Below, one piece after another: positions 36,709-48,938 of a stretch of 64,000 bases of DNA. The stretch lies in NCBI RefSeq assembly GCF_006345805.1, contig NC_043004.1, positions 102,300,001-102,364,000 of the forward strand, written 5' to 3'. The stretch comes from Octopus sinensis (taxonomy: Eukaryota). How positions within the stretch are numbered: position 1 is the stretch's first letter; every line of letters starts with the position of its first letter. The notes beneath the pieces are model-generated. The model searched no databases, was not told where the DNA came from, and saw only the letters and a list, made by a program, of their open reading frames with translations. The translations under genes were made by a program, and so were the position numbers.

Positions 36709-36964
36709 CCGACGTTGTTGTTGTTACTTCTGCTGCTGCTGTTGATGATGATGATGTCCTGATAATGATATGTGTTGATGATGATAGTGATGATCATGAT
36801 CATGATGACGATGTGTGTGTGTGTGTGTTTGTGTGTGTGTGTGCGTGCGTGTTTACGCTTTGCTTGTCCAAAGCATTTTTATGAGTTTGTCCTAAACGTC
36901 CATGCTCGTTTGCAGACTTTTAATTAGACCTTGTTACATAGGTTCAGAGTAATCTTTTATCATT

Positions 36965-37195
36965 TTTTTTTTTTACTTGTTTCAGTAATTAGACTGCGGC
37001 AATGCTGGGGCACCGCTTTCAAGAATTTTTAGTTGAATGAATTGAATCCAGCACTTATTGCATTTTTTAAGCCTCTTACTTATTCTATCGGTTATTTTTG
37101 CCGAACCGCTAAGTTACGGGAATGTAACCATACCTACATCGGTTGTCCAGCGATGGTGAGAGACAAATACAGACACACACAAAAAAACATATACA
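36965..37195 (-). mobile_element. SINE family A, 3' half, flanking the RTE 3' end
   Basis: TTTTACTTGTTTCAG..GACTGCGGCAATGCTGGGGCACCGC..GCCGAACCGCTAAGTTACGGG. Confidence 0.8.
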
Positions 37196-37199
37196 CACA

Positions 37200-40100
37200 C
37201 ATGAATGTTCGTCCTTCGGTTCGAAGATGACCAACTGACATCATCTGATGGAACTGGCGCCATGAGACCGGAGGTGGCTGGGGCCGTGCTACTGGTGCAG
37301 GCGGCTCTGGCTTTACGCATCTGACGTTTCTGCTCCGCTGACCGAATCCGTCCCTCCTCGGCTGTCCCTGCTCCCACGGTGATTGCGCTGCGCCAGGATG
37401 AGCGGTTGGCAGCAAGTGTCTCCCAGGTCTCTGTTCCGATGGAGAAGTCTTTGAGAGAGACCTTGAGACTATCCTTGTAGCGCTTCTTCTGCCCTCCGAC
37501 TTTGCGCCTGCCCTGGCCGAGTTCACCGTAGAAGAGCTGTTTTGGGATGCGAGTGTCGGACATGCGGGAGACGTGGCCCGCTCATCTCAGCTGGGCTTTG
37601 CGCATGATTGTGATGGTGCTAGGGAGATCTGCCTGCTTCAGAACTTCCGTGTCTGGGACTTTGTCCTGCCAGCGGGTGTGAAGGAGGTTCCGAAGACACC
37701 TGAGATGGAAGTGGTTTATCTGGCGCTCGTGCCTTCGGTAAGCAGTCCACGTCTCGCAGCCGTATAGTAGGGTGGTAAGCACGACTGCCCGGTAGACTTT
37801 CAGCTTGGTGTTAAGGCTGATTCCTCTCCGCTCCCCGACTTTCTTTCGCAGTCTCCCAAACGCGCTGCTTGCCTTGGAGATTCTGTTGATGGTTTCAGCA
37901 TCTATGTTGGCATTGCAGGAGAGAGTGCTGCCCAGGTAGGTGAAGTTTTCCACCACTCGTAGAATCCGTCCGTTCACCCTTATCTGCGGCTCATGGTATT
38001 GTTTGCCGGGGGCTGGCTGAAACATCACTTCGGTTTTCTTGGCACTGATGGTGAGACCGAAGTTGTCACAGGCTGATGAGAACCTGTCCATCTCGAGCTG
38101 CATCTCCTGTTCATCGATTGCATTAAGGGCGCAGTCGTCAGCAAAGAGAAAGTCTCTGACGACCGTCTCCCTCACCTTTGTGACAGCCTGCAATCTTCTG
38201 GAGTTGAAAAGTTTCCCGTCTGTCCTGTACTTGATGTCGATACCGGACTTGTAGTCCCTAAAGGCGTCGGACAGCATTGCCGAGAACATGATGCTGAACA
38301 GTGTTGGGGCCAGGACACAGCCCTGCCTGACTCCGTTGGTCACCTGGAAGGCTTCAGATGAGTTGCCGTCTTCAAGGACTCTGGCTGTCATTCCGTCGTG
38401 GAACTGGCGGACAATTGCAATAAATTTGCTGGGGCAACCAAATTTTCCCATGACCTTCCATAGTCCCTCCCGACTGACTGTATCAAAGGCTTTGGTGAGG
38501 TCAACAAAGGTCATGCAGAGGTCAAGGTGCTGCTCCATGCATTTCTCCTGGAGCTGGCGGGCGGCGAATATCATGTCAGTGGTCCCTCGACCCGCGCGGA
38601 AGCCACACTGGCTCTCAGGGAGAAGGCCTTGCTCCAAGTGTTCCAGAAGGCGGTCAAGTAGGACCCGGGCCAGGATCTTGCCCGCTATGGAAAAGAGGGA
38701 GATACCTCGGTGGTTGTCGCAGGACTGCCGATCTCCTTTCCGCTTATAAATGTGGACGATTGTTGCGTCCCGGAAATCTTGAGGGAGTTGTTCCCTGTCC
38801 CACATCGACTGGAACAGGCTGGTGAGCTGATTGATCATGGTGGGGCCGCCCGACTTGAACACCTCTGCAGGGATGGCGTCAGAGCCTGGAGCTTTGCCGG
38901 TGGACATTTTTTTGATGGCTCTGCTCACTTCCTCGACTGCAGGGGGAACAGCCAACTCGTGGTTTGTCGGCACCTGGGGGAGTCGTGCGATGGCTTCCTC
39001 GTTGATCTGGGCTGGTCTGTTGAGCACGATGTTGAAATGCTCCGCCCATCTCTCCAGGATCAGCCTCTTGTTAGTCAGGAGTGAGGTTCCATCCGAGCTG
39101 AGCAGGGGGGTTGATCCAAAGGAGAACTGCGGTCCATAGACAGCTTTCAGCGCCTCGTAGAATTTCTTGGTGTCGTGTTTGTCTGCGTATCCCTGAATCT
39201 CATCCGCCTTGGCGCTTAACCATGCGTCTTGCATGAGGCGGAGTTTAGCCTGGACTGTGCTGCGAATGTTGTTGAAAGCGGCCTTCTTTGCTGTGCAGGT
39301 GGTGTCATTTTAGTGAGCCCGCAGCAGACGGCGTTTCTCTTCCAGGAGCTTTTGGATCTCCTGGTCGTTTTCGTCGAACCAGTCCTGGTGGTTCCTCGTA
39401 ACTTGGCCCAGAGTTTCAAGGGCGATGGAATGAACCGTGTCCCTGAATGATTCCCACTGCTCATCGATGCTGGACTGGTCACTCCGAATGTCCAACAGCT
39501 TGCTGTCCATACGTGACTGGAGATCTTGTGCAGTCAGCTGGTTCTTTAATTTCGTGATGTTAAGCTTCCTCGTCACTTTCTGACCCTGTGGTCTTCTCTT
39601 AGGTCGGATGTAGAAATCCATCCTGGAGATGATGAGGCGATGGTCCGTCCAGCAGTCAGCTCCGCACATGGCTTTGACCAGTCTCACGTCCCGCCTGTCT
39701 TTCGCCCTGACGATGATGTAATCTATCAGATGCCAGTGTTTGGAGCGTGGATGCATCCATGATGTCTTGTTGCGTGTTGGCAGACGGAACAAGGTGTTGG
39801 CGATGGTAAGATCATGAGAGGCACACGTACGCAGGAGGAGCTGTCCGTTGCTGTTGCACTTTCCGATTCCTTGCTTTCCCAGTACGCGATGCCAGGCTTG
39901 GTGGTCAGTCCCGACACGGGCGTTAAAATCCCCAAGGAGGATGAGCTTCCCATGCTGGGCTGACGTGATGAGGGAGTCGAGTTCTTCATAGAACCTGTCC
40001 TTAACTTCTTCAGGGTTGGTCATGGTGGGGGCGTAAGCACTGATGATGGTCGCACTAGTCTTGTTTCCAAGTGGGAGCTGCATCTTCATCAGCCGATCGT

Positions 40101-41115
40101 TGATACCCTCGGGGGAGCTTTCCAGTTTCCGCACGTGTACTGACTTAATGGCAAAACCAACACCAGCCTCACGACGCTCTTCGCTGCTGCGACCACTCCA
40201 AAAGAAAGTGTAGCCGCCGCCTGTCTCTGTCAGCTGGCCTTTGTCCGCAAGGCGGGTCTCGCTCAGTGCTGCAATATCGACATTGTATCGGCTCAGTTCT
40301 CTGGCCACCAGGGCAGTTCGTCTCTCTGGTCTGTCCGCTTTGGTGTTGTCAAGCAGAGTTCTCACGTTCCAAGTTGCGAAAGTGAGCACCTTTGTTTGTT
40401 TTCTTCTTTCTTTGTTTCGACCGCTTGGAAAGGATCCCCGCCAGCCGCGGTTTGCTGACCAGGGTGAGGTGAGGCAGGCTATGTTTAGGGCAACCTTTTC
40501 TAGCCCCGTCCTCATGCTGGGGAGGCGAGCAGAGCGATCCTGAAGAGGGCTGCTCGGTCACTCAGGAGGCTGCCGGACTCCACTGCTGCCTCAGTTCAGT
40601 GAAGGGCGACCACATGTCCTGAGCCGCCTGTGTGTGGGTTTACGACTGCAGCTTCCAGTGTATCCTCACCTGCTACTTCGCCGTTTCCCCATCGCCACAG
40701 GACTTTGGGATGGTGTCATGACGTCATGATGTCGTGACATGCGCGTGACTTGGATTATAGTGAGGGTGACTTGCGCAGAATCAGCCTCACTCTCTCGTCC
40801 TGTTGCGCCGGATCCAGTGGCAAGACAAAGTCAAGACGGCTGGGGGTAGACCAAGATGCAGGAGCTGCCGGAAGGTGGCACGCATGGCGCAATCCAACCG
40901 CCTTAGGGGCTCCACTCCGGATTTTGGATGGCCATTGACTCATGAGAGAGTTCCTCTGCCCTTTGACAGGTTTTGTTTTTAGTCCTGCTGGGTGTCCAAA
41001 TCACCCTCCTCACCAAGAAATCTTGGTGGGGTTGCCAGTTTAGTCGCCAACGACCCGACCATGTAACAGGTTGTACTGGGTTACATGTTACCAGTAGCTC
41101 CAAGCGGAGACCTGA
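37200..41115 (-). mobile_element. Near full-length RTE-clade (BovB-like) LINE, ~3.9 kb, single APE-RT ORF with two nonsense mutations
   Basis: ORF from ATG 40515. APE motifs TWNVRTL, SETR, AYAPT, LGDFNARVG, IDY, TDH; RT motifs CGFR, DLTKAFD, GVRQG, FADD, YLGS. The three track ORFs (40515, 39234, 37563) share one frame, broken by TAA at 39310-12 and TGA at 37582-84. About 600-bp 5' UTR; 3' end GGTCATCTTCGAACCGAAGGACGAAC. Confidence 0.97.
41035..41092 (-). ncRNA. Candidate HDV-like ribozyme at the RTE 5' end
   Basis: CCAGT..ACTGG (P2), GG-GTCG-ttgg-CGA-CTAA (P1.1, P4, J4/2 with catalytic-position C), CATGTA/TACATG (P1-like). P3/L3 is non-canonical (ACA-acc-TGT). Confidence 0.4.
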
Positions 41116-41254
41116 CACAACACATACATACTCCTACACACAAATACACACATACACATATACAAGGTGTCCTCTACAGGCCTGGTCCGACAAAAGCCTT
41201 GCGAGTGAATTTGGTAGACAAAAACTGAGAAGCGTTGTCGTTTACACACACATA

Positions 41255-41615
41255 TACAGGGTGCGATGAGTAAATTGTCTCCATTTTATATTTTTAATTT
41301 CGCGCATGCACATTGTTTGTTTTTTATTTTGTCGACTAAACAGAATAGAAGGGTCAGCTAGGTACCGTCTGTGAGAAAAACAAAACCATGACGCAATTTA
41401 CTCGGCCAGAAATTTGGGAACGACATGCTGTACTGCTTGGCATTCGTGCCTGAAGCTCCAACAGAACGTTTCAGAGTGTTTTGGTGTCAATCTGAGAACA
41501 GTGCAATCTGAGGTCATGTACCAAGAGGGATAAAAATCAAACATCCAGTCAACATCATGGTGTTTTGAGTGATCACTAGTGATGGCGATGTTATGCCGCC
41601 ATTCATCTTCACCAA
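41255..41615 (+). mobile_element. Tc1/maT (DD37D-like) element, internally deleted
   Basis: TA-CAGGGTGCGATGAGTAAATT terminus. MTQFTRPEIWERHAVLLGIRA..CFGVNLRTV, joined to IKHPVNIMVF*VITSDGDVMPPFIF. Confidence 0.7.
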
Positions 41616-41799
41616 CGAACAGGTTCGCCTAGTTGGGATCCCATTCTCGTTAGGATTAATCAGCCGAAATTGCTAAGAGGATCCGGTTCCCGACTGAATA
41701 TTAGAGGCTTCAAATGACCCGTCTGTTTTTTTGTATCGTCTCTTTGTGTGTCTTTGCGTTCTTGTCCCATTTTGTAATTTATATTTAATTCATATATAT

Positions 41800-41848
<49 letters not shown>

Positions 41849-41913
41849 CGGGAAGCTTTATGAAAATAAACAAAAGACGAAGGCAGGTGGAAAACAAACG
41901 AACAATTGTATTA

Positions 41914-41949
<36 letters not shown>

Positions 41950-41951
<2 letters not shown>

Positions 41952-42110
41952 GATGGGCTTCTTTCAGTTTCTGCTTACCGATCCCACTTACAAGGCTTCG
42001 GTCGGCCCGAGGCTACAGTAAAAGACACTTGCCCGAGGTGCCACGCAGTGGGACTGAAACCAGAACCATGTGGTTGGCAAGCAAACATCTTACCACACAG
42101 CCACGCCTGT
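41950..42110 (-). mobile_element. SINE family A, 5' half
   Basis: ACGATGGGCTTCTTTCAGTTTC..GGTGCCACGCAGTGGGACTGAAAC..ACACAGCCACGCC. Confidence 0.85.
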
Positions 42111-42715
42111 CCCGAGTTATTTGACCCGCTGAATTTCATGCCTTTTCTGTTACTAAAATCACCAAGAGTGATGTGGTGTAATGTGGCGTCCTGTGTACCA
42201 CAATGACCCCAGAAAGCTATACTAGCGAAGCACAAGATCCTGTTGAGGACCCTCATGCTGGACAAGCCAAAGGATAGGGGCCAACTTAAGATGAACTTCT
42301 GCTTCCAAGAGGTAAACAAAAAAAGGCTCGTATAGGGCAAAAACCCCGACAAAGAAAGAAAGCAAAGTTACTGAATCATTGGTGATTATTGAAAACCAAC
42401 AAGACCTGGGATAAGAAGGCCTTCCCTCGGACGTATTTATGAAGCGGTGCAGCAAAATCCGAAAGTTTGAATTGGTAATACACCTCAAGGAAACCTTCAT
42501 CTAACATTACATGTCAGTCTTGACCTGGATCCCACAAAGGAGGTGGAAGAGACGATGTCCTAAAAATATCTGGAAGTAAGCTCCTGAGGTAGAGCTGAAA
42601 AATAAGGATCTAAATGAAAAGAAGCAAAAAAGAGACTCCAGAGTCAAGAACAGCAGAGAAAAGTTCCATAAGGAGTGAAGGGCTTAAGTAAGTTGCTATC
42701 GATATAAAGTCGCAG

Positions 42716-42900
42716 AGGGCGGCGAGCTGGCTGAGTCGCTAACGCACCGGGTAAAATGCTTATCAGTATTTCTTCTATCTTTACGGGGTCGACTTTACTT
42801 TTCATCCTTTCGGAGTCGATAAAATAAGTACCAGTTTAGCACTGGGGTCGATATCATTGATTTACCCCTTCCCTCGAAATTTTTGGCCTTGCGCAAACAT
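42716..42900 (+). mobile_element. SINE family D monomer, degenerate
   Basis: GGCGGCGAGCTGGCTGAGTCGCTAACGCACCGGG..GTCGACTTTACTTTTCATCCTTTCGGAGTCGATAAAATAAGTACCAG..GGCCTTG. Confidence 0.75.
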
Positions 42901-43439
42901 TTTATTTCAATAAAAATTAGCATTAGTATACTCGCCTACGTTGAGAACCAGCCTCATTACTAGCACAAAACACATACACCGGACATAGAAATCATACAAG
43001 TGCTATATAGTTAACTCTTCACATTCGCTATGCTGTTACTTTTATTGCTATTACTTTCATTGCATTTTGTTATGCAAGTCCCGTTAGAAATGATTAAAGA
43101 GAGAATACTTAAATTCCAGCCCCGCCCCATAAACATAAAAGGAGAGAAGAAAGAATCTTGCGAAAACTAGTGGTGGTCTTCGACGGTAAAATGTTGTTTT
43201 GTTATTTAGCAACGTTTGTAAACTGGGTTAAGTGTTCGTATCTCCGTGGTGAAAGGAGAATGCTCAGGTTTCGGGTTAAGCTCTTTGCCCGAATGAATAT
43301 TAAGATAAAAGAGTGAGCCACGAGAAAGTATATTTAGGATGGAATCTCGCACGATTGAAAGCAAATGTGAAGTGCTTTCAAGTCACGTTGATGTACTTTC
43401 CCACCGTAAACACTCACTCACTCTCTCACCCACTTCCTT

Positions 43440-43497
<58 letters not shown>

Positions 43498-43606
43498 AAA
43501 GAGTTAAATTCGAAGCGAATACAGACACAAAGTACAAGCATAAAGTGATAATTAAAAAGAAATTGAGTCTCCAATGGAAATATATGTATATACATACATA
43601 TATATA

Positions 43607-43662
<56 letters not shown>

Positions 43663-44062
43663 TGGGGAACAAAATAACCCTGCCTGATGAAATGGTGGTG
43701 TGGTGTAATAATGTTAGCTTACGTAATATTATGCATTATTGAATAAATGATCACGCTACGGAAACGCTTGTTGCATAAAACTGAGATGTCCATTCTTGTT
43801 ATTTTAATACATATACATATGAAACAAGTAAAATAGCTTGTTAGAAAATCTCTGTAAGAGGTGAAAGTAGTAGCTATACTGAAAAGTATTGTTTATCGTC
43901 ACATCAATATGGCTGTTCGACGTTACCACGGTTTTTAACCCCATATGGGCCTCTTGGGGCTAAAAATCTTGACGTTTAGTAACGTCGAACAGCCATGTTG
44001 GTGTGGCGAAAAGCATTACTTCCCTCTTCCCCCTCTCTCTCTCATATATATACATACATACA

Positions 44063-44098
<36 letters not shown>

Positions 44099-44117
44099 TA
44101 TTATATATATATATATA

Positions 44118-44515
44118 CTCTTTTACTCTTTTACTTGTTTCAGTCATTTGACTGCGGCCATGCTGCAGCACCGCCTTTAATCGAGTAACTCGACCCTGGG
44201 ACTTATTCTTTTGTAAGCCCAGTATTTATGCTATCGGTCTCTTTTTGCCGAACCGCTAAGTAACGGGGACATAAACACACCAGCATCGGTTGTCAAGCAA
44301 TGCTAGGGGGACAAACACAGACACACAAACACACACACGCATATATATATATATACATATATACGACAGGCTTCTTTTCAGTTTCCGTCTACCAATCCAC
44401 TCACAAGGCTTTGGTCAGCCCGAGGCCATAGTAGAAGACACTTGCCCAAGGTGCCACGCAGTGGGACTGAACCCGGAACCATGTGATTGGTAAACAAGCT
44501 ACTTACCACACACCT
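44118..44515 (-). mobile_element. SINE family A, full length, little diverged
   Basis: Near-consensus head and tail by comparison with the other copies. Confidence 0.9.
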
Positions 44516-44627
44516 ACTGCTGCGCCTATATATATAGAAGAAGTACTAGGCTTTAAAAAACACAATAAATATTGAGATCGATTTTTTTCGACTGGAACAC
44601 TTTCTACACACACACATACATACATGC

Positions 44628-44672
<45 letters not shown>

Positions 44673-44762
44673 CATATGTATGTGTGAGTGTGCGTGTGTG
44701 TGTGTGAGAGAGAGAGAGAGAAAGGGAGTGCAAATACATATATATGCACGCATGCAAGCATT

Positions 44763-44795
<33 letters not shown>

Positions 44796-45194
44796 TCACA
44801 CGCATTCATCTAAACACTAAAGCTTATCTATGTTTACTATGAACGTTTATGATCTTCTGTTAGTCCGTCAAGCGGCATTGAGTGTGTGGGAGAGAAGAAA
44901 GAAGAGGACATGAAAGGCGGGGAATTAAAGAGCTCAATCAAGATCTGTTGTCATTGATTAAATATTCAATGCCATAACTTGTTTAATTGGTACTTTATCA
45001 CCAGTTTCTGACAACTTCATGCATACATGCATGTACACGTGCAACCATACATGCATGCATACTTACATACATGTATATATATATATATACGTACAAATAT
45101 CCATCCATTCATCCATATATCCATAAATACATACATGTATACATATACGCATCCATACACGCATGAATATGATTGTGTACACACACACACACAT

Positions 45195-45278
<84 letters not shown>

Positions 45279-45279
45279 G

Positions 45280-45488
45280 TTAATCCAAACAAGAATGCAG
45301 AAAAAAAACACAACAACGCGAGGACGTGGAACAAATATAGTATTATTGGACGCTCAGGAAAGAAGGAAAGAAGGAGGGTTTAATGTTTCGAGCGGAGCTC
45401 TTCGTCGGAAACATAGGAGAAGGAAAGATCCAGAGAAGGGAAGACAGAGGAAAAAAATCGCCAACGGTACACACGTGGTCACATTTTG

Positions 45489-45490
<2 letters not shown>
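45280..45490 (-). mobile_element. ~210-bp (TA)n-flanked unit (PLE solo pseudo-LTR-like) carrying a hammerhead-like motif
   Basis: Bounded on both sides by (TA)n. Minus strand 45412-45378 reads GTTT-CCGACGA-A-GAG-ctccg-CTC-GAAAC-ATT-AAAC. Confidence 0.6.
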
Positions 45491-45529
<39 letters not shown>

Positions 45530-45619
45530 GTTAAAGAGGACAACAAACATTAAGGCAAAACAAACATCTCAAGTCATATACAATTATATAATCATTTGAA
45601 AAAATTTCAAATTCTTACA

Positions 45620-45968
45620 GTTGTTTCTGGAATAACCCAAATAACCCACTATCATAGGAATTGTTTCTGTTTTTAGATTCCACATTCGAGTTACCTCTAT
45701 TTCCAGGCCTTTGTTTTTGAAAGTTTCCCCATTTCTTTTAGAGAAACGCTGTCATCTGTTGGTATTCATACATCAATTAGGAAGCATTTTTCTTCATGAT
45801 CCCTGACAACTATATCTGGCCTATTATTCTTAATTTCTCTGTCTGTGTGTATTGGCATATTCCATAGTATGGTTGCTTTCTGATTTTCTGTGACCTTTTC
45901 TGTGTGCTTAGACCATCTTTTTTCTGTTGTTATTCCATAGTGTTGGCATAGCTTCCAGTGTATGTAGG
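45620..45968 (-). mobile_element. R4/Dong-clade RLE-domain fragment (same family as 22635)
   Basis: YIHWKLCQHYGITTEKRWSKH..VTENQKATILWNMPIHTDREIKNNRPDIVVRDHEEKCFLIDV*IPTD..KEMGKLSK/KGLEIEVTRMWNLKTETIPMIVG. Confidence 0.85.
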
Positions 45969-45986
45969 TCCGTTATTATTATTATT

Positions 45987-46083
45987 GAGTGAGAGAGGAG
46001 TGCATGCCATCAAAGTGACACTGGGGTAAAATATACGAAGCCCAATATACCCATCATGACTACCCGTCTGATAAGGGTACACC

Positions 46084-46085
<2 letters not shown>
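45987..46085 (-). mobile_element. ~100-bp repeat 3' terminus embedded in (TAA)n
   Basis: Minus strand GGTGTACCCTTATCAGACGGGTAGTCATGATGGG..GTGTCACTTTGATGGCATGCAC..CTCTCACTC-AATAATAATAAT, with (AAT)n on both sides. Confidence 0.5.
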
Positions 46086-46153
<68 letters not shown>

Positions 46154-46217
46154 TATTATCATTATTATTATTATAGCGATGCCGATAACAATAACAATAA
46201 TAATAATGATAATAATG

Positions 46218-46303
<86 letters not shown>

Positions 46304-46439
46304 GTAACGCTGGTGTTGATATTGATAGTAGAAATGACAGCAATGATAACAACAATATCACGAACGATTCACCTAATACTACCATAGCCGCTATCAACAC
46401 CACCTCATCTCTCTCCAATTAACCATCGTAGAACTGATA

Positions 46440-46865
46440 GCGGCAACTGCAGTTCGGAGACACACTGCTCGTTGCAGTCCCATTGCAGAAGATTCAACAT
46501 CTTATACCAATGCACTGTTCACAACATAGTAAATAACTCATATAGCTACTACATTGGATCTACCACAAATTTTAAACAAAGATATTATGCACATTTAAAC
46601 TCGTTTAAATATAAAGAGAATAGCAATTCCACATCACTAGCCAGCCACGGTACGCCATCTAATTTATGGGAAAATACAATATAGACTTTCTTGGGCTATG
46701 ATAGACTCTGGTATCCCATATCAGAGCTAGCACTCCATTTGTGGACTTTGCTTAAAAGATGCTCTCAAAAGTTTATCCCATAACTCACCATAATTGCTTA
46801 ATAAACACAACGAAGCCTTCTCAACGTGTAAACACAAATTATTCCGCACTTTTAAATTCTTCCAT
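46440..46865 (+). mobile_element. Penelope-like GIY-YIG endonuclease remnant
   Basis: NCSSETHCSLQSHC..ILYQCTV..YYIGSTTNFKQRYYAHLNSF..STSLASH../SWAMI..CGLCLK..LLNKHNEAFSTCKH. Confidence 0.85.
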
Positions 46866-47165
46866 AAATCGAAATGCAAATTCACCCCACCCCCACGAAT
46901 AACACCCACATGCAAACCTCCATGATCGATGACACATACCCCTCTATATCTACTAAATAATTTAACATTCAACTAGTTTCTCCATTCACGACTACTTACA
47001 CAACCATAACCCCCATTGCTAAAAATAATTCCACAGCCTCTGTCCTTAGCCAGAAAGGCCACAAGTATTTACTACTAGATTTGTGTGTGTGTAAGAGAGT
47101 GACGTATGTTTAGTGACGTATATTTCTGCCTTTAGGCTGTAAAATTGCGAATTAACCACTCATAT

Positions 47166-47610
<445 letters not shown>

Positions 47611-48075
47611 GTATATGTGTGTGTATATGTGTATGTGTGTGTGTGTATGCATGCATTATCCAAGTGTTTTTCGTTGTGTCTGTGTATCTGTGTGTATGTG
47701 TGCGTGTGTATTTGTACGTGTGCATAAAATGTTCTCCTAATCGCGTACAGCCACACCTCTTCGTTCGTCAACCTGTTAATATGTGATTGGAGTGCAGCGT
47801 GTGTGTAACTTAAGTGCACCAGCTGGCGTCCTCTACCGCTTCTCAGATGATACTTCAGCTGGTAACATTCTACAAGTCACCTGTTCTTTCCCAAGCACTT
47901 AACAACGTCGTGCAGCAGAAATAACGATTTCCCAGATACAGGGAAGGCGTAGTTTATCGCTTTATTTACGTTTTGTATAGCACGTAAGGCGATAAAGAAT
48001 GAGGTGCATACGTTAGATACATAAATGCATCTATGCATACATGCATGTGTACGTGTGCATTCTTGTGTGTATGTA

Positions 48076-48196
<121 letters not shown>

Positions 48197-48247
48197 GCAT
48201 GATATAAATATATGTTATGTGTGTGTGTGTGTGTACTTACTTTCTTA

Positions 48248-48630
48248 CTCTTTTTTCTTTTACTTGTTTCAATCATTTGACTGCGGCCATGCTGTAAGAT
48301 CGCCTTTAGCCAAAGGAATCGATCCCACGACTTATTCTATCGGTCCCTTTCGCCGAAGCGCTAAGTTACGGGGGACGTAAACACACTAGCATCGGTTCTC
48401 AAGAGATGATGAGAGGGGGAGGCAAACACAGACACACAAATACATATTATATACACATATATATACTACGAGCTTCTTTCAGTTTCCATCTATCAAATCC
48501 ACTCACAAGGCTTTGGTCGGCCCGAAGCTATAACAGAAGACACTTGGCCAAGGTACCACGCAGTGGGACTGAATCCAGAACCATGTGGTTGGGAAGCAAG
48601 CTTCTTTACCACACAGCCACTCCTGTGCCT
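48248..48630 (-). mobile_element. SINE family A, full length
   Basis: Tail at 48250-48305, head ending ACACAGCCACTCCTGTGCC. Confidence 0.85.
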
Positions 48631-48699
48631 TAAATGTAATATAGAAATAACACAATAAAAAGACATTTCTAGCTGATATATATTAATATATAGTCTTTT

Positions 48700-48903
48700 A
48701 TTTCTTACTTGTTTCGGTCTTTAGACCACAGCTGTAGTAAGGATAGCGCTTTGAGGAATTTAGTCGGAGAAAAACCGGTTCCAATACTTACTTTTAAGTG
48801 AGGTAGCCATTTTATCGGACTCTTCTTCCCAAACTGCTAAGTTACGGGAACGTTAACAAAACAAACATTGGTTGTCAAACAGTGGTATGGGACAAACACA
48901 AAG

Positions 48904-48938
<35 letters not shown>

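Noticed and set aside
38039-39482. Overlapping plus-strand and alternative-frame ORFs within the LINE
   Set aside because: Typical shadow ORFs of a GC-rich coding region, with no recognisable motifs.
42110-42700. Purine-rich stretch as a retroelement ORF remnant
   Set aside because: Multiple stops and no diagnostic motif, so left unassigned.
43255-43300. GGG..CCC-GAAAC stem on the minus strand as a hammerhead
   Set aside because: No CUGANGA-like box precedes the stem (ATTCATTC).
47740-47990. E-box cluster (CAGCTG x2, CACCTG) plus reverse CCAAT as an enhancer
   Set aside because: Short motifs expected by chance and no independent support.
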